From a candidate division WOR-3 bacterium (lineage in GTDB: Bacteria; Hydrothermota; Hydrothermia; LBFQ01): a DNA stretch of 64,000 nucleotides. The notes under the pieces were generated by a model. The model made no database searches and was not told the DNA's origin. It saw nothing but the letters and a program-made list of their open reading frames with translations. Positions 1 to 9,994 of the stretch are shown in pieces. A program made the position numbers and the translations under genes. Every line of letters begins with the position of its first letter. The first letter of the stretch is position 1. Location: the NCBI GenBank assembly GCA_027050205.1, contig JALUCS010000097.1, positions 1 to 64,000 of the forward strand, given 5' to 3'.

Positions 1-219
1 TATTATCCCGTAGATCTCGTCCAGTATCTTCGCCGCCGCGTCGCTATCCTTCTCCACCATCACACAATAGGCCGTTATCAGATCCCTCAACCTCTCAACC
101 TTCCGGATGAACTCCTCATCACGTACGCTCACTGTATCGGAGATATAGTTCTCGTCTATTAGAGGCTCCGGATTCTTCAGAGACACTTCGTAGTAGTACC
201 AGTTATCCTTTAACGCCAC
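1..219 (-). CDS. 5' part of hypothetical protein, probable restriction endonuclease partner of the adjacent methyltransferase (runs off window)
   Basis: Open frame read manually from GTG at 219 (MALKDNWYYYEVSLKNPEPLIDENYIS...). It overlaps the MTase stop, has GGAG upstream and is not in the ORF track. The REase role is inferred from context only. Confidence 0.5.
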   Translation of the reverse strand, partial: MALKDNWYYYEVSLKNPEPLIDENYISDTVSVRDEEFIRKVERLRDLITAYCVMVEKDSDAAAKILDEIYGII

Positions 220-1649
220 AGCTCCAACCTCCTCTTCCCGTTCTTCTTCCGCACAAACTCAACCACTCCCTCGGCGTCCCCCTTCCTTACGAGTTCCCTG
301 AAATGGCTCCTCTCCTCTTCCGTCAGGTCCAGCCATGGGAAGGTCTGAATGAGCCTCTTCACCTGCGACAGGCCGAGGTACTTCCGGGTGTATTCGCTCT
401 TTGAGTACTTGTAGGTCGTCATGAATTCGCTGTCCGTTTCCCTCCTGAAGTACTCAAGGACGAGGTTGAAGTAATCCTTCAGGAGGATCTGCTCCTCGTA
501 CGAGAGGGGAGGGTCTATAAAGAGGTGGATGGGGTGGGTCCTGTAGGGGGATCTGGTCACCAGGATGCCATCAACACCGAAGACCTCCCTTATCCCGTAG
601 AGTCCCGCCCTCCCGTCCATACTCCCCGTGTCCACCGTCCTGACGAAGAGGACGTTGGACTTAACCCTCTTAAACAACCTCTCGTTGACGCTCACCTCCA
701 TCCTCTCGTACCCCCTGCCGTTGAAACGGTTGGCGTCTATGACCTCAAGGGTGAAGTCTCCCCTGTTCCTCTCAACCTCCTCAAGGGTGAGATAGTACTT
801 CACCTTTAAGGGATTTCGGGCTTTGAACTCCTCCACGAACTCCTCAAACGGCCCTCCCGCACGGTAGTACTTCTTCGGATCAAGGGTATATGCCCTTTTC
901 CTGACGGTTTTACTTATCTTTATCCCTTCAAACGAGATGGGCCTGTGTCCCGGTACCTCCTTCCTCTCAAAGAAACAGATAACGACGTTCGTCCCCGTAT
1001 GCTCAAAAACCTCCCTCTCAAAGATTACGGCCTTCCTTATCGTGTAATGTTGAAGAAAATCCATCCGGACCTTGTTTGAGACCGAAAAGCCGAAGAGGAA
1101 GTTTGAGGGGATTACGTATATCATCCGCCGGATCCCATGGCGTAGGTCGTTCATCATCGCCAGCTGGTAGAGGTCCTGATAGCCCTCGTTCTTCCCCCTG
1201 AAGTACTCAAGGTACTTTCGGGCCTCCTTGTGTTTCACTATGTAGCCGATGTAGAGGTAAGGGGGGTTGGTGATGTGATAGACCGGAAGGCCGAGGTTGA
1301 GGAGGAAGGTAGGGTAGTCCTTTATGGTGTCCCTCTGGAGGATGTTCCTCTCGGCTACCTCCCTTGGGATGCCGTACCCTGTGGCCTTTTGGATGGCCCT
1401 CTCCACCATGTCCCTCTGGATGTCAAAGAGGAAGACGTGCCTCCTGAAGAACTCCACCCTCTCGGAAGGTGGGACGAGTTCAAGGATGGGGAGTATCAGG
1501 TTCCCCTCGCCGGCGAAGAGGTCCGTCCATACGTACTCGTAGATGTGGCTCCGGATTTCGGGGAGGATGAACTCCCTGAATACGTACGTCGGTGTCAGGT
1601 GTGCGCCGTAGAGCCTCCTGGGGTCGCTTATGGCCGTTTCTCTGTCCAT
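210..1649 (-). CDS. N6-adenine DNA methyltransferase (gamma-class motif order)
   Basis: Motif I DLFAGEGNL precedes motif IV TNPPY. Likely start is MDRETAIS at 1649; the track start at 1811 overlaps the divergent gene. Confidence 0.85.
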   Translation of the reverse strand: MDRETAISDPRRLYGAHLTPTYVFREFILPEIRSHIYEYVWTDLFAGEGNLILPILELVPPSERVEFFRRHVFLFDIQRDMVERAIQKATGYGIPREVAERNILQRDTIKDYPTFLLNLGLPVYHITNPPYLYIGYIVKHKEARKYLEYFRGKNEGYQDLYQLAMMNDLRHGIRRMIYVIPSNFLFGFSVSNKVRMDFLQHYTIRKAVIFEREVFEHTGTNVVICFFERKEVPGHRPISFEGIKISKTVRKRAYTLDPKKYYRAGGPFEEFVEEFKARNPLKVKYYLTLEEVERNRGDFTLEVIDANRFNGRGYERMEVSVNERLFKRVKSNVLFVRTVDTGSMDGRAGLYGIREVFGVDGILVTRSPYRTHPIHLFIDPPLSYEEQILLKDYFNLVLEYFRRETDSEFMTTYKYSKSEYTRKYLGLSQVKRLIQTFPWLDLTEEERSHFRELVRKGDAEGVVEFVRKKNGKRRLELWR

Positions 1650-1746
1650 AGATCCGTGAAGGTTGTATTTTAGAGATGGAAAACGGAGAAACCCGGACGG
1701 AAATTTTTTCGCACCCCCTGTTGAACGGCCGTATAATTCTGACACT

Positions 1747-2745
1747 ATGCTGTACCTACTAACGGCACTGGGAACGGCAAATGGAGAGGGATTTTCCTTT
1801 GGAATAACCACGATACCTTCCCTGTACTATAGGGAAGTCCTCAAAGGCAACTTCGTAGGTGAGGCCGTCTCTTTCTGGAACAACGCCACCACCCAAACCT
1901 TCACGGTGACTACCGTACCACCGGGGGCTACCGTCGCCAAGGCACTGCTGTTCTGGGGTTGTGAGTGCAACTCCTCTTCGGATCTGATAAACATAACCTT
2001 CAACGGAAATCCCATAACCGGCACGGTCGTGGCTACCACCTCCACCCTCTGCTGGGGTACCTCCTCCTACATAAACTACGTCGCCGATGTCACCCCCTAC
2101 GTCTCTGGCAACGGTTCCTACACCATCCACGTCCCTCGTGCCTTGAGCAGCACCCCCGGAGCGGACGGGGCTACCCTTTACATAATATACTGCGACCCCG
2201 CCGAGACAACCCGCACCATAACCATCTACGCCGGCGCCCACTTCCTCAACTCCAGCTCCGCCAACTGGAACCATACGGGTTTCACCGCCACGTCCTCCCC
2301 CCTCGCCAAGGCCTCCCTTACAGTAGGGGATCCTCAAGATGGGTACTACAACCCCGGATACTTCAACGGACACTACATCACCTCCTTTGACGGCTCCGTA
2401 CCGGGCAACCACTACGGGTACTGGGAGGGAGACGTCTCCTCTTGGGTCTCCTCCTCGGCTACCTCCGTCTCCTGGCAGCTCTCCTCTGGAGGGGCGGACT
2501 GCATATCGCCCAACGTCAGCGTCCTCGCCGTCACCTCCACGGATACGGAGACGTTTGACTGCTCGGCCGGGTACGACGACCCCGTCCTCATAGACGAGGC
2601 TGGCCGGGTGATAGCGAGGGGGAGCTACACCGTCTACGACGCCTCCGGTAGGATAGTCTATTCCGGCTCCGGGGAGTATCGCCTCGGTAAGGGCATCTAC
2701 TTCATCGTAGCCGAGGGGAGGGTGAAGAGAATAGTTAGGCGGTAA
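1747..2745 (+). CDS. Secreted beta-rich (DUF3344-like) protein with short T9SS-like C-terminal domain
   Basis: TATAAT at 1732 then ATG at 1747. Ser/Thr/Gly-rich body; tail YTVYDASGRIV...GIYFIV...RIVRR. Confidence 0.65.
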   Translation: MLYLLTALGTANGEGFSFGITTIPSLYYREVLKGNFVGEAVSFWNNATTQTFTVTTVPPGATVAKALLFWGCECNSSSDLINITFNGNPITGTVVATTSTLCWGTSSYINYVADVTPYVSGNGSYTIHVPRALSSTPGADGATLYIIYCDPAETTRTITIYAGAHFLNSSSANWNHTGFTATSSPLAKASLTVGDPQDGYYNPGYFNGHYITSFDGSVPGNHYGYWEGDVSSWVSSSATSVSWQLSSGGADCISPNVSVLAVTSTDTETFDCSAGYDDPVLIDEAGRVIARGSYTVYDASGRIVYSGSGEYRLGKGIYFIVAEGRVKRIVRR

Positions 2746-2785
2746 AGCCCCAACGATCGTAATACCACGGCCGTAAAATGTGGCG

Positions 2786-4369
2786 ATGGTGCTGATGCTT
2801 TTTGTTGCCCAGTTCCCTCCAAGGCACGTAGCTGTAGGAAGCTGGCTTATGCTCCACGGGAGTATGGGGCATAACGGTTTCGGGGCGATGAAGGGTCAGA
2901 TAACCGGATGGAGCGTAAAGTACAGCGTCTCTCTCTGTGCGGGGGAGTCCCAACCCATCGTTGGAGACATAAACGACGACGGCATTCCGGAGATCGTCTT
3001 CAGTTGCGTTTTGAGTAGCAACGTCTACGCCATCCGTGGAACCACGGGGAGCATCCTATGGACGTCCGGGTACGGTGGCACATGGGGGGCGCCGGCTGCG
3101 GCGGATCTCGTCCCCTCCCTCCCTGGACTTGAGGTCGTCGTTTGCAACTCCTCCAACACCGCCCTGTTGAGGGGGACGGACGGCTCCACGGTGTGGGTCG
3201 CCTCCGTAGGTTGCGGTTCCAACAGTGGCGCCCCTGCGATAGTGATAGCCGGGAGCGATACCCTCGTCCTTGTGAATAACGGCTCCACCCTCTACGCCCT
3301 TAGGGCTTCCACGGGGAGTACGGTCTGGTCGGCCTCAACCGGAGGCAACACCCTCATAGGTATAGCCAAATCCCCAGCAGTGGGGGACATAGACGGAGAC
3401 GGTAGCTACGAGGTGGTCGTGGCCGGCCACAGTACGGTCTATGCGTACGATGCCCGAACGGGTACCTTGGAGTGGAGTGCCTCCGTAAGCAACAGGTACT
3501 ATACCCGTACGCCGGCCACACTCGTAGACCTAACGGGGGACTGCATTGACGAGGTCCTCGTCTCTAGCGATAACGGGAACATCTACGCCCTCAACGGAGC
3601 GGACGGCTCAACGGTATGGGTTTATAACATCTCCGGTCGGATGTCCTGCGGTCCGATAACCACGGCGGACGTCAACGGGGACAGCATCAACGACGTCATC
3701 GTAGGGCATCTGTCCAGCTGCAACTGTGGAACTCCCGGTGGGGTGACGGTAATAGATGGCTCTACGGGAAGTAGGATCTGGGGCCACACCTTTACCGGTC
3801 CCAATATGACCCACGGCGGGGGGAGGGTGGTCTCCGACTTTGACAGCGATGGACACCTGGAGATCGCCGTAGTACCTTACTGGAGTAACTATATGTGCTT
3901 CGGGGACGGAGTCTTCAGAATGTACGACGCCGCAACGGGGACGTTGGAGTGGACCGCCAGCAACGTAGTCGGTGAAGGCTCGGCCTTCGCGGACGTGGAC
4001 GGGGACGGATGCTCGGAGATAATGGTCCTCCCCTCGGCCGGGCGGGCGACCTTCATAGTGGTGGATAACGACGCCGTTTCCTCCTGTGGCGTCTATCCCT
4101 ACAACGACACCTGTTCCATCGTTGGGCAAGGGGACGACCTACCGACGGAGGAAACCCCGAAGGTACCCTACCTTCTAACCGAGGTTAAGGGGGAGATAGG
4201 CGGCATAAGGGTATCCACCAACACCGAGGCCGAGGTGCGGATATACCTTCCGGACGGCAGGATGGAGGCCAGGAGAAGGGTACCCGCCGGTAAGACCTTC
4301 ATCCCCTCCCGTCGGGGTGTGCGTATAGTGGAGGTCGGCGGCAGGACCTTTACCGTCGTAGTCCGATAA
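2786..4369 (+). CDS. PQQ-like/FG-GAP beta-propeller secreted protein with C-terminal sorting-like domain
   Basis: Repeated GDINDDG/DIDGDG and A-x-x-G-x-x-x-W motifs; tail IYLPDGR...TVVVR; TAAAAT at 2774. Confidence 0.75.
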   Translation: MVLMLFVAQFPPRHVAVGSWLMLHGSMGHNGFGAMKGQITGWSVKYSVSLCAGESQPIVGDINDDGIPEIVFSCVLSSNVYAIRGTTGSILWTSGYGGTWGAPAAADLVPSLPGLEVVVCNSSNTALLRGTDGSTVWVASVGCGSNSGAPAIVIAGSDTLVLVNNGSTLYALRASTGSTVWSASTGGNTLIGIAKSPAVGDIDGDGSYEVVVAGHSTVYAYDARTGTLEWSASVSNRYYTRTPATLVDLTGDCIDEVLVSSDNGNIYALNGADGSTVWVYNISGRMSCGPITTADVNGDSINDVIVGHLSSCNCGTPGGVTVIDGSTGSRIWGHTFTGPNMTHGGGRVVSDFDSDGHLEIAVVPYWSNYMCFGDGVFRMYDAATGTLEWTASNVVGEGSAFADVDGDGCSEIMVLPSAGRATFIVVDNDAVSSCGVYPYNDTCSIVGQGDDLPTEETPKVPYLLTEVKGEIGGIRVSTNTEAEVRIYLPDGRMEARRRVPAGKTFIPSRRGVRIVEVGGRTFTVVVR

Positions 4370-4374
4370 CCCCC

Positions 4375-4404
4375 TTGCAACCGGAGGGGTATCTGCTTTA
4401 AAAT
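4375..4404 (+). promoter_or_regulatory. sigma70-type promoter, leaderless
   Basis: TTGCAA-18 nt-TAAAAT, 6 nt before ATG 4411, no Shine-Dalgarno. Confidence 0.55.
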
Positions 4405-4410
4405 AGCGGT

Positions 4411-5868
4411 ATGAGTATCCTCGCGCTTTTGGGTGCCGTCTCCTTCATGTTCCGCTACGGTGGTGGGGAGACGGACGAGGGGTACGCCGGGATGAACACG
4501 ACGGACGGTGGATTCGTCGCCGGCGGCATCTGGGGAAGTTACGGGGCGAACGGGGATTTCGGTATCGTGAAGTTCAACTCCGTAGGGGAGTTGGTTTTCG
4601 GTAAGGCCATAGGTACATCGGACGAAGACAGGGCTTACGGCATAGCCGAGATCTCTTCTGGGTACGTCCTCGCTGGTAGGACCCTCTCCTCCCTCGGAAG
4701 CGGTGGCTACGACGCCCTCATCGTCCTGTTGGACCCCTCCGGCACCTTCCTGTGGGGCCGGTTCGTAGGGACCTCTTCCAGCGAGTATCCCTACTGGGTG
4801 ACGGAGGACAGGGACGGGAACATCCTCGCCGCGGGCTACTCCGTTTCCTTCGGCAACGGGGTGTGGTTCCTGAAGATGGACCCCTCCGGCTCCCTCCTGT
4901 GGTCCAGATCCCTGGAGTACCCCGACCCTTCCATGGTCCGGGAGATAAGGGTGGATAACTCCGGTAGGTACATCCTCGCCGGTAGGGTCGGCGACGGCTC
5001 CTCCTCCGACGCCCTCCTCATCCGTACGGACACCTCTGGCACACCCCTGTGGTCCTTGAGGTTAGACCTCGGCGGTGAGGAGAAGTTCTTCTCCGTCGCC
5101 CAAACCCCCTCCGGGGACTACTGCGCCGCCGGATACACCACGGCGGACGGCGACTACGACATCCTGGTGGTACGGGTGGATACCGCCGGGAACGTCGTAT
5201 GGCTCAAGAAGGTCGGCGGCTCCTCCGACGATCAGGCTTTCGGTGTAGACGCTTCCCCCGACGACGGGTGCGTGGTCGTTGGCTACACCTTCTCCTACTC
5301 CCACGACTTCTTCGGGTTTGAGGACGGCATAATCCTGAAGTTTGACGCTGCCGGCAACCTCTCCTGGTCCCGCATCTTCTGGGGGGAACTTTACGGAGAC
5401 GTCGGGAACAGCGTATATACCTCTTCGGACGGGGGATTCCTCGTCGTAGGTTCAAGCTACAAACTGACGGGCTTTACGACGGTCGCCGACTGGTTCATCG
5501 TCAAGTTCCTTGACGACGGTACGGTATGCTCCTCCAAGTACTCCACCGTCTCCCCCTCCATCTCTACCCCATCGTACTCCATAGACAGCACCCTACCCAC
5601 ACTCAACGACCGCACCTCCGCAACCAACGTAATAGCCGCCTCCCTAACCGTTCAGGACCTACCCACCGATACGGTGGTCTTCTGCACGCCCGTGGGATGG
5701 GAGGGAGACCTATCGGCGGATGAGAGGGGGAGGTGTCGCAGCAACGGAAAGGTCCTTGAGGTCTACTCCAGCGACGGTCGGCGGTACGGTAGCATAGACG
5801 AAGCCCCGGCGGGTGTCCTCCTCATCCGTACGGAGAGGGGCTGGAGGAGGTACATAAAGCGGCGTTAA
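4411..5868 (+). CDS. Beta-propeller repeat secreted protein with short C-terminal sorting-like domain
   Basis: About 7 repeats of type DG-x-x-x-x-G...D-x-x-x-x-K-x-D-x-x-G-x-x-x-W; tail VYSSDGR...GVLLI...YIKRR. Confidence 0.75.
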   Translation: MSILALLGAVSFMFRYGGGETDEGYAGMNTTDGGFVAGGIWGSYGANGDFGIVKFNSVGELVFGKAIGTSDEDRAYGIAEISSGYVLAGRTLSSLGSGGYDALIVLLDPSGTFLWGRFVGTSSSEYPYWVTEDRDGNILAAGYSVSFGNGVWFLKMDPSGSLLWSRSLEYPDPSMVREIRVDNSGRYILAGRVGDGSSSDALLIRTDTSGTPLWSLRLDLGGEEKFFSVAQTPSGDYCAAGYTTADGDYDILVVRVDTAGNVVWLKKVGGSSDDQAFGVDASPDDGCVVVGYTFSYSHDFFGFEDGIILKFDAAGNLSWSRIFWGELYGDVGNSVYTSSDGGFLVVGSSYKLTGFTTVADWFIVKFLDDGTVCSSKYSTVSPSISTPSYSIDSTLPTLNDRTSATNVIAASLTVQDLPTDTVVFCTPVGWEGDLSADERGRCRSNGKVLEVYSSDGRRYGSIDEAPAGVLLIRTERGWRRYIKRR

Positions 5869-5898
5869 AACCCTGTCCCCCTTACAATTGCCGGCGTT

Positions 5899-7254
5899 AT
5901 GGCTATGACGTACTCTAAGTGTGGCCTTCCGGCGATGACGGTGGAGGTGAAGGGGTTGGGGGTGAAGTGTTCGGAGTGCAGGCGGGAGGAGGCGGTAGTT
6001 GAACTGAAGTACGCCCGAAAGAAACTCTGTCCCAAGTGCTTTACGGACTTCTTCGTCCGGAGGGTGAAGAGGACGGTTGAGAAGTACAGGATGTTCGGCC
6101 CCAAGGACAGGGTGGCCGTAGCCCTCTCCGGCGGTAAGGACAGCGTCGCCCTTCTGGACGCCCTGAAGCGGGCCTTCCCGGAGCAGGACATAGTGGCCTT
6201 CTACATAGACCTCGGCATACACCACTACTCGGACCACCTGCGGGAGAAGGTGAAGGCCCTGACCGACAGGCTCCAAGTCCCTCTGCACATCTACGACCTC
6301 AAGGAGCGCGAAGGGTACGTCATAGACGACTTCCTGACGACGAAGTTCCGGAGCAAGATGTGTTCCGTGTGCGGGATAGTGAAGAGGGCGGTATTTACAC
6401 AGATGGCCAAGGAGGTAGGGGCCACCGTAATGGCCACCGGCCACAACCTTGACGACACCGTGGGAACCATGCTCTCCGCCTTCTTCGCCGGCGACTTTGA
6501 GTCCATAAGCCGCCTGAAGCCCGTCCTCAAGCCCCTGATACCGGGGCAGCCCAAGAAGGTCAAACCCCTCTTCAACACCCCGGAGATAGAGGACCTCTAC
6601 TACGTCGTGATAAACGACCTCCCAGTCCAGGAGTGCCACTGCCCCCACTCCTTCGGAGCCTCCGTCAGCCGGTACAAGAGGCTCTTGGACCAGATGGAGA
6701 AGGAGAACCCCAACGTCAAGTTCCAGCTCCTCTCCGTCTTCCTGAAGAAGCTCGTCCCGATGTACGAGAGGGTGAAGGAGTTGGAGGAGAGGAAGACGGA
6801 CGTGGTGCTTGAGGTGAGGCCCTGTAAGGTGTGTGGTCTGCCAACGTCCTCACCGGATGGCATCTGCGCCCGGTGCCGTAGGGTGGCCATGCTGAAGGAG
6901 AGGGGAGGGCAGAAGTTGGAGATTACAGCCGAGGAGGTGGAGGGAATGCTCAAGGAGGGGAAGAGAGTCGTATTCATAGACGTGCGTTCCCCATCGGCCT
7001 ACGAGAAGGAGCATATCCCCGGCGCCATAAACGTCCCCAAGGAGAGGTTTGAGATGGAGCAGCAGAAGACCATCCGGAAGCTCCGCAGGAAGTACGGCAG
7101 GGGGACCATCTTCGTAACCTACTGCTACGCCGGACAGGAGAGCTACCCCGTGGCCGTCGCCCTTAGGAGGGCTGGCCTCAAGGGATACAGCCTTCTCGGT
7201 GGAATATCGGCTTGGAAGGAAGCGGTCCGGAAGGAAGAGGTCGCCGAACCTTAG
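5899..7254 (+). CDS. ttuA: tRNA 2-thiolation protein TtuA/TtcA family (PP-loop) fused to C-terminal rhodanese domain
   Basis: N-terminal CxxC..CxxC, SGGKDS PP-loop, CSVC, ATGHNLDD, C-terminal CxxC..CxxC, then IDVR...HIPGAINVP...YCYAG rhodanese. Exact start uncertain. Confidence 0.8.
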   Translation: MAMTYSKCGLPAMTVEVKGLGVKCSECRREEAVVELKYARKKLCPKCFTDFFVRRVKRTVEKYRMFGPKDRVAVALSGGKDSVALLDALKRAFPEQDIVAFYIDLGIHHYSDHLREKVKALTDRLQVPLHIYDLKEREGYVIDDFLTTKFRSKMCSVCGIVKRAVFTQMAKEVGATVMATGHNLDDTVGTMLSAFFAGDFESISRLKPVLKPLIPGQPKKVKPLFNTPEIEDLYYVVINDLPVQECHCPHSFGASVSRYKRLLDQMEKENPNVKFQLLSVFLKKLVPMYERVKELEERKTDVVLEVRPCKVCGLPTSSPDGICARCRRVAMLKERGGQKLEITAEEVEGMLKEGKRVVFIDVRSPSAYEKEHIPGAINVPKERFEMEQQKTIRKLRRKYGRGTIFVTYCYAGQESYPVAVALRRAGLKGYSLLGGISAWKEAVRKEEVAEP

Positions 7255-7669
7255 GGGAATAGGAAGCATACCCTTCCCGACGTCGTTTGAAGGGGATCCC
7301 GCTATTGATCAGATACCTCCTTGCCTTTGGAAGGTTGCCAACGGGCTTCAGGAAATGCAAGGCGCAACTGAAGGAAATGGCCAATACGGGGAAGTATCAC
7401 CCCATACGCCTCAACGTAGCCTCTCCTCACTGCTGGATGGCTCCGCCCGCCGAACGTCCATCCTCCGAGCGCTCGGTGAGGCAGATCGGAGAAAATTTAA
7501 GGTGGGATATTTTAAAAATTTGCTAAATATTTCGGAAGAATTATTAAAAAACCTACAAAATTCCCACGATAATCGCCGTACAACGTAAGTTCCGGCCCCA
7601 ACGGCCCTCCTGCAACTCTTTACAACCGCTTCCTATGTCGTAGGCATTCTCACCGTATAATACCAATCT

Positions 7670-8182
7670 ATGCATAGGTTGTCTGTCGTTGGGGTAGGTG
7701 TAGCTCTCCTTTTGGGGGCGTGTTCCACCCTCCCCCCCAAGGCGGGATACCCCGACCTGATAGAGGTGCGATTCAAGGCCAGTAAGGACTCCATAATAAA
7801 CGCCTTCAAGTCCGTCCTCTACGAGAACGGCTACGCCATAGCCACCTTCTCCCCGGACGAGGGGATAATAGAGACGGATTGGAAGCGGGTTAAGAAGGGG
7901 ATATCCTGCTGCGTCTACGTGTGGGACGGGGTAAAGGACGCCCAAATTAAAGTGACAGCCTACGTGGGTCGTATGGAGGGGGACACCCTCAACTACATAA
8001 AGGTGCAGGGGGTACTTAGGGTCCTCGGACCGCGGCCCTGGGACAACGAGTACCAGATCCGCCCCGTCAAGAAGAAGTCGCCCTACTACAAGGAGTTGGA
8101 AAAGCTCGTCCTCCAGCTGGAGAACAAGCTCGGAGAGAAGGGTAAGTACGAGAGTTTTAAGAGAAACGTCCTGCTTAAATGA
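7670..8182 (+). CDS. Lipoprotein, BamC-like/unknown
   Basis: Lipobox LLGA-C; DEGIIETDW motif typical of small OM lipoproteins. Confidence 0.6.
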   Translation: MHRLSVVGVGVALLLGACSTLPPKAGYPDLIEVRFKASKDSIINAFKSVLYENGYAIATFSPDEGIIETDWKRVKKGISCCVYVWDGVKDAQIKVTAYVGRMEGDTLNYIKVQGVLRVLGPRPWDNEYQIRPVKKKSPYYKELEKLVLQLENKLGEKGKYESFKRNVLLK

Positions 8183-8226
8183 GGGGGAACGCTATGCGTA
8201 TTCAAGCCTTAAAATACCCGTTGAAA

Positions 8227-8727
8227 ATGAAGGGTTTGCTGAAGATCTTTGTGGCGACCGCGCTGTTGGTGCTTGGGGGAGTACTGTACTCCCAGGATAG
8301 GGGTCCCGATTCCGGTTCATGTGCCGACGTCTGGCCTAGGACCATACCCGCCAAGAGCGATTTGAACCTTGATGACCTCGGAAACGTGTATTACGCCTTC
8401 GCCTTTCCCAGCGTTATAGCACTTAGGCCCGACGGTTCCACCCGACCAGCCGTCTTCTATAAGACCCAGCCTTCCGACGTCGTTGAGATATACGACCCCT
8501 TCGGCATTCTCGTTAGGCGTCTGGAGTACCCCAAGGATGCCCCGAAGGACGTGCGGAGCGATCACGTCAGGGAGTGTACCTACACGTGGTACGGCTACAA
8601 CTCCGCCGGGAAGCCCGTCAGCCCCGGAGTGTACCTGGCGATACTCCGCCGGTTCGCCGGAGGTACCCTCGGAGGCTCCAGCCGCAAGCAGTACATCCTT
8701 GTAAAGGTGCCACCAAGGGCGAGGTAA
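8227..8727 (+). CDS. Exported protein made mainly of a FlgD/T9SS-CTD-like Ig domain
   Basis: Signal peptide MKGLLKIF...VLYS-Q; VEIYDPFGILVRRL...TWYGYNSAGKPVSPGVY. Confidence 0.6.
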   Translation: MKGLLKIFVATALLVLGGVLYSQDRGPDSGSCADVWPRTIPAKSDLNLDDLGNVYYAFAFPSVIALRPDGSTRPAVFYKTQPSDVVEIYDPFGILVRRLEYPKDAPKDVRSDHVRECTYTWYGYNSAGKPVSPGVYLAILRRFAGGTLGGSSRKQYILVKVPPRAR

Positions 8728-8733
8728 GGGAAA

Positions 8734-9993
8734 ATGACGCTGTTCCTCTTTGCACAGATGGGTACCGGTGGGATACCGGGCTACATATACTCCTACGCCA
8801 TAGGCGCACGACCTTACGGTTTCGGTAGGGCCTTCACGGGTCTGTCGGACGACGTGGAGGCCGTTTATTTCAACCCCGGGGCCTTGGCCCTCCTACAGAG
8901 GGTGAACTTCTCCGGCGGGTACTTCCAGCTCCCCGTTACGGGCTTCCAGTACTACTACGTCGCCGCCACCTTCCCCACCTCCACCTTCGGTAGCTTCGGG
9001 GCCGCCGTGATGCAGCTCTCCTCACCGGCCTCTGCCCGCTTCGTAGACTCCCTCGTATGCTCCAACTGGGACGGTCCCGTGTGTCTTGACTCCGTGGAGG
9101 CATACAACGTGTTCCCCGGTAGCGACGACGCCCCTCCCTACAACGCTGGCCTCCTGGCCTACTCCAAGTCCTTCTCCAGCTCCATATCCATAGGCGCCTC
9201 GCTTGAGTTCGTCTATCACCGCGTCTATCAGTCCTCACCTGCCAGCGCCGGCCTCAACGTCGGTATGCTCTTCAAACCCAACAAGCACTTCTCCTTCGGT
9301 CTCGTCGGCCAGCACTTCATACCGCCCAAGTACAGCTTCCCCTCCGGCAGCTCCGTCTCCTACCCCCAGATATGGCGCTTCGGCATAGGCCTAAGACCCT
9401 TCGGCTGGGTCAAGATAGTGGCAGACGCCGCCTACTCCACCTACTACAACGGCTTCAAGTTCTACGGTGGCGGCGAGGCGAGGCTCCTATCCTTCCTCTA
9501 CGTCAGGGGAGGCATAAACAACGAAGAGGTAACCGGTGGAGGCAGCTTTGAGTTCACCATCAGGGACATAATCTTCCGCATAGACGGGAACTACACCTTC
9601 AACTACGTGTCCAACGCCGCCTTTGACGACTATATGCAGTTCTCTACAACCGTCAAGTTCGGGGGCTACCGCGTGTGGGTGTCCTCCGACCCCAAACTCA
9701 TATCCCCGGCCGAGGGAGAGAGCAACATAACCTTCATCTACCTCCACACCTTCCCCCGCCAGGAGGTGGAAGAGTGGGAGTTCGTCATAAAGAAGCAGAG
9801 CGGTGAGGTGGTACGCACCTTCTACGGCGAGGGGGAGCCTCCCATCCGCATAGAGTGGGACGGTAGGGACGACGCCGGCCGCATCGTGCCCCCCGGCAAC
9901 TACTACTACTACTACAAGGTCGTAGACATAAGCGGCGAGGAGTACGAGAGGGGAGGTTATCTGGTAACCGTAAAGAGAAGGGAGGTATGGTAA
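8734..9993 (+). CDS. PorV/PorQ-like outer-membrane beta-barrel fused to C-terminal FlgD-like Ig domain
   Basis: GARPYGFGRAFTGLSDDVEAVYFNPGAL matches the PorV/FadL-type N-terminal motif; C-term WEFVI...VRTFYGEG...IEWDGRDDAGRIVPPGNY. Confidence 0.7.
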   Translation: MTLFLFAQMGTGGIPGYIYSYAIGARPYGFGRAFTGLSDDVEAVYFNPGALALLQRVNFSGGYFQLPVTGFQYYYVAATFPTSTFGSFGAAVMQLSSPASARFVDSLVCSNWDGPVCLDSVEAYNVFPGSDDAPPYNAGLLAYSKSFSSSISIGASLEFVYHRVYQSSPASAGLNVGMLFKPNKHFSFGLVGQHFIPPKYSFPSGSSVSYPQIWRFGIGLRPFGWVKIVADAAYSTYYNGFKFYGGGEARLLSFLYVRGGINNEEVTGGGSFEFTIRDIIFRIDGNYTFNYVSNAAFDDYMQFSTTVKFGGYRVWVSSDPKLISPAEGESNITFIYLHTFPRQEVEEWEFVIKKQSGEVVRTFYGEGEPPIRIEWDGRDDAGRIVPPGNYYYYYKVVDISGEEYERGGYLVTVKRREVW

Positions 9994-9994
9994 G

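Noticed and set aside
7420..7485. Possible three-way RNA junction (CCTCAC/GTGAGG, GGATGG/CCATCC)
   Set aside because: Short stems are expected by chance in GC-rich DNA; no promoter or terminator support.
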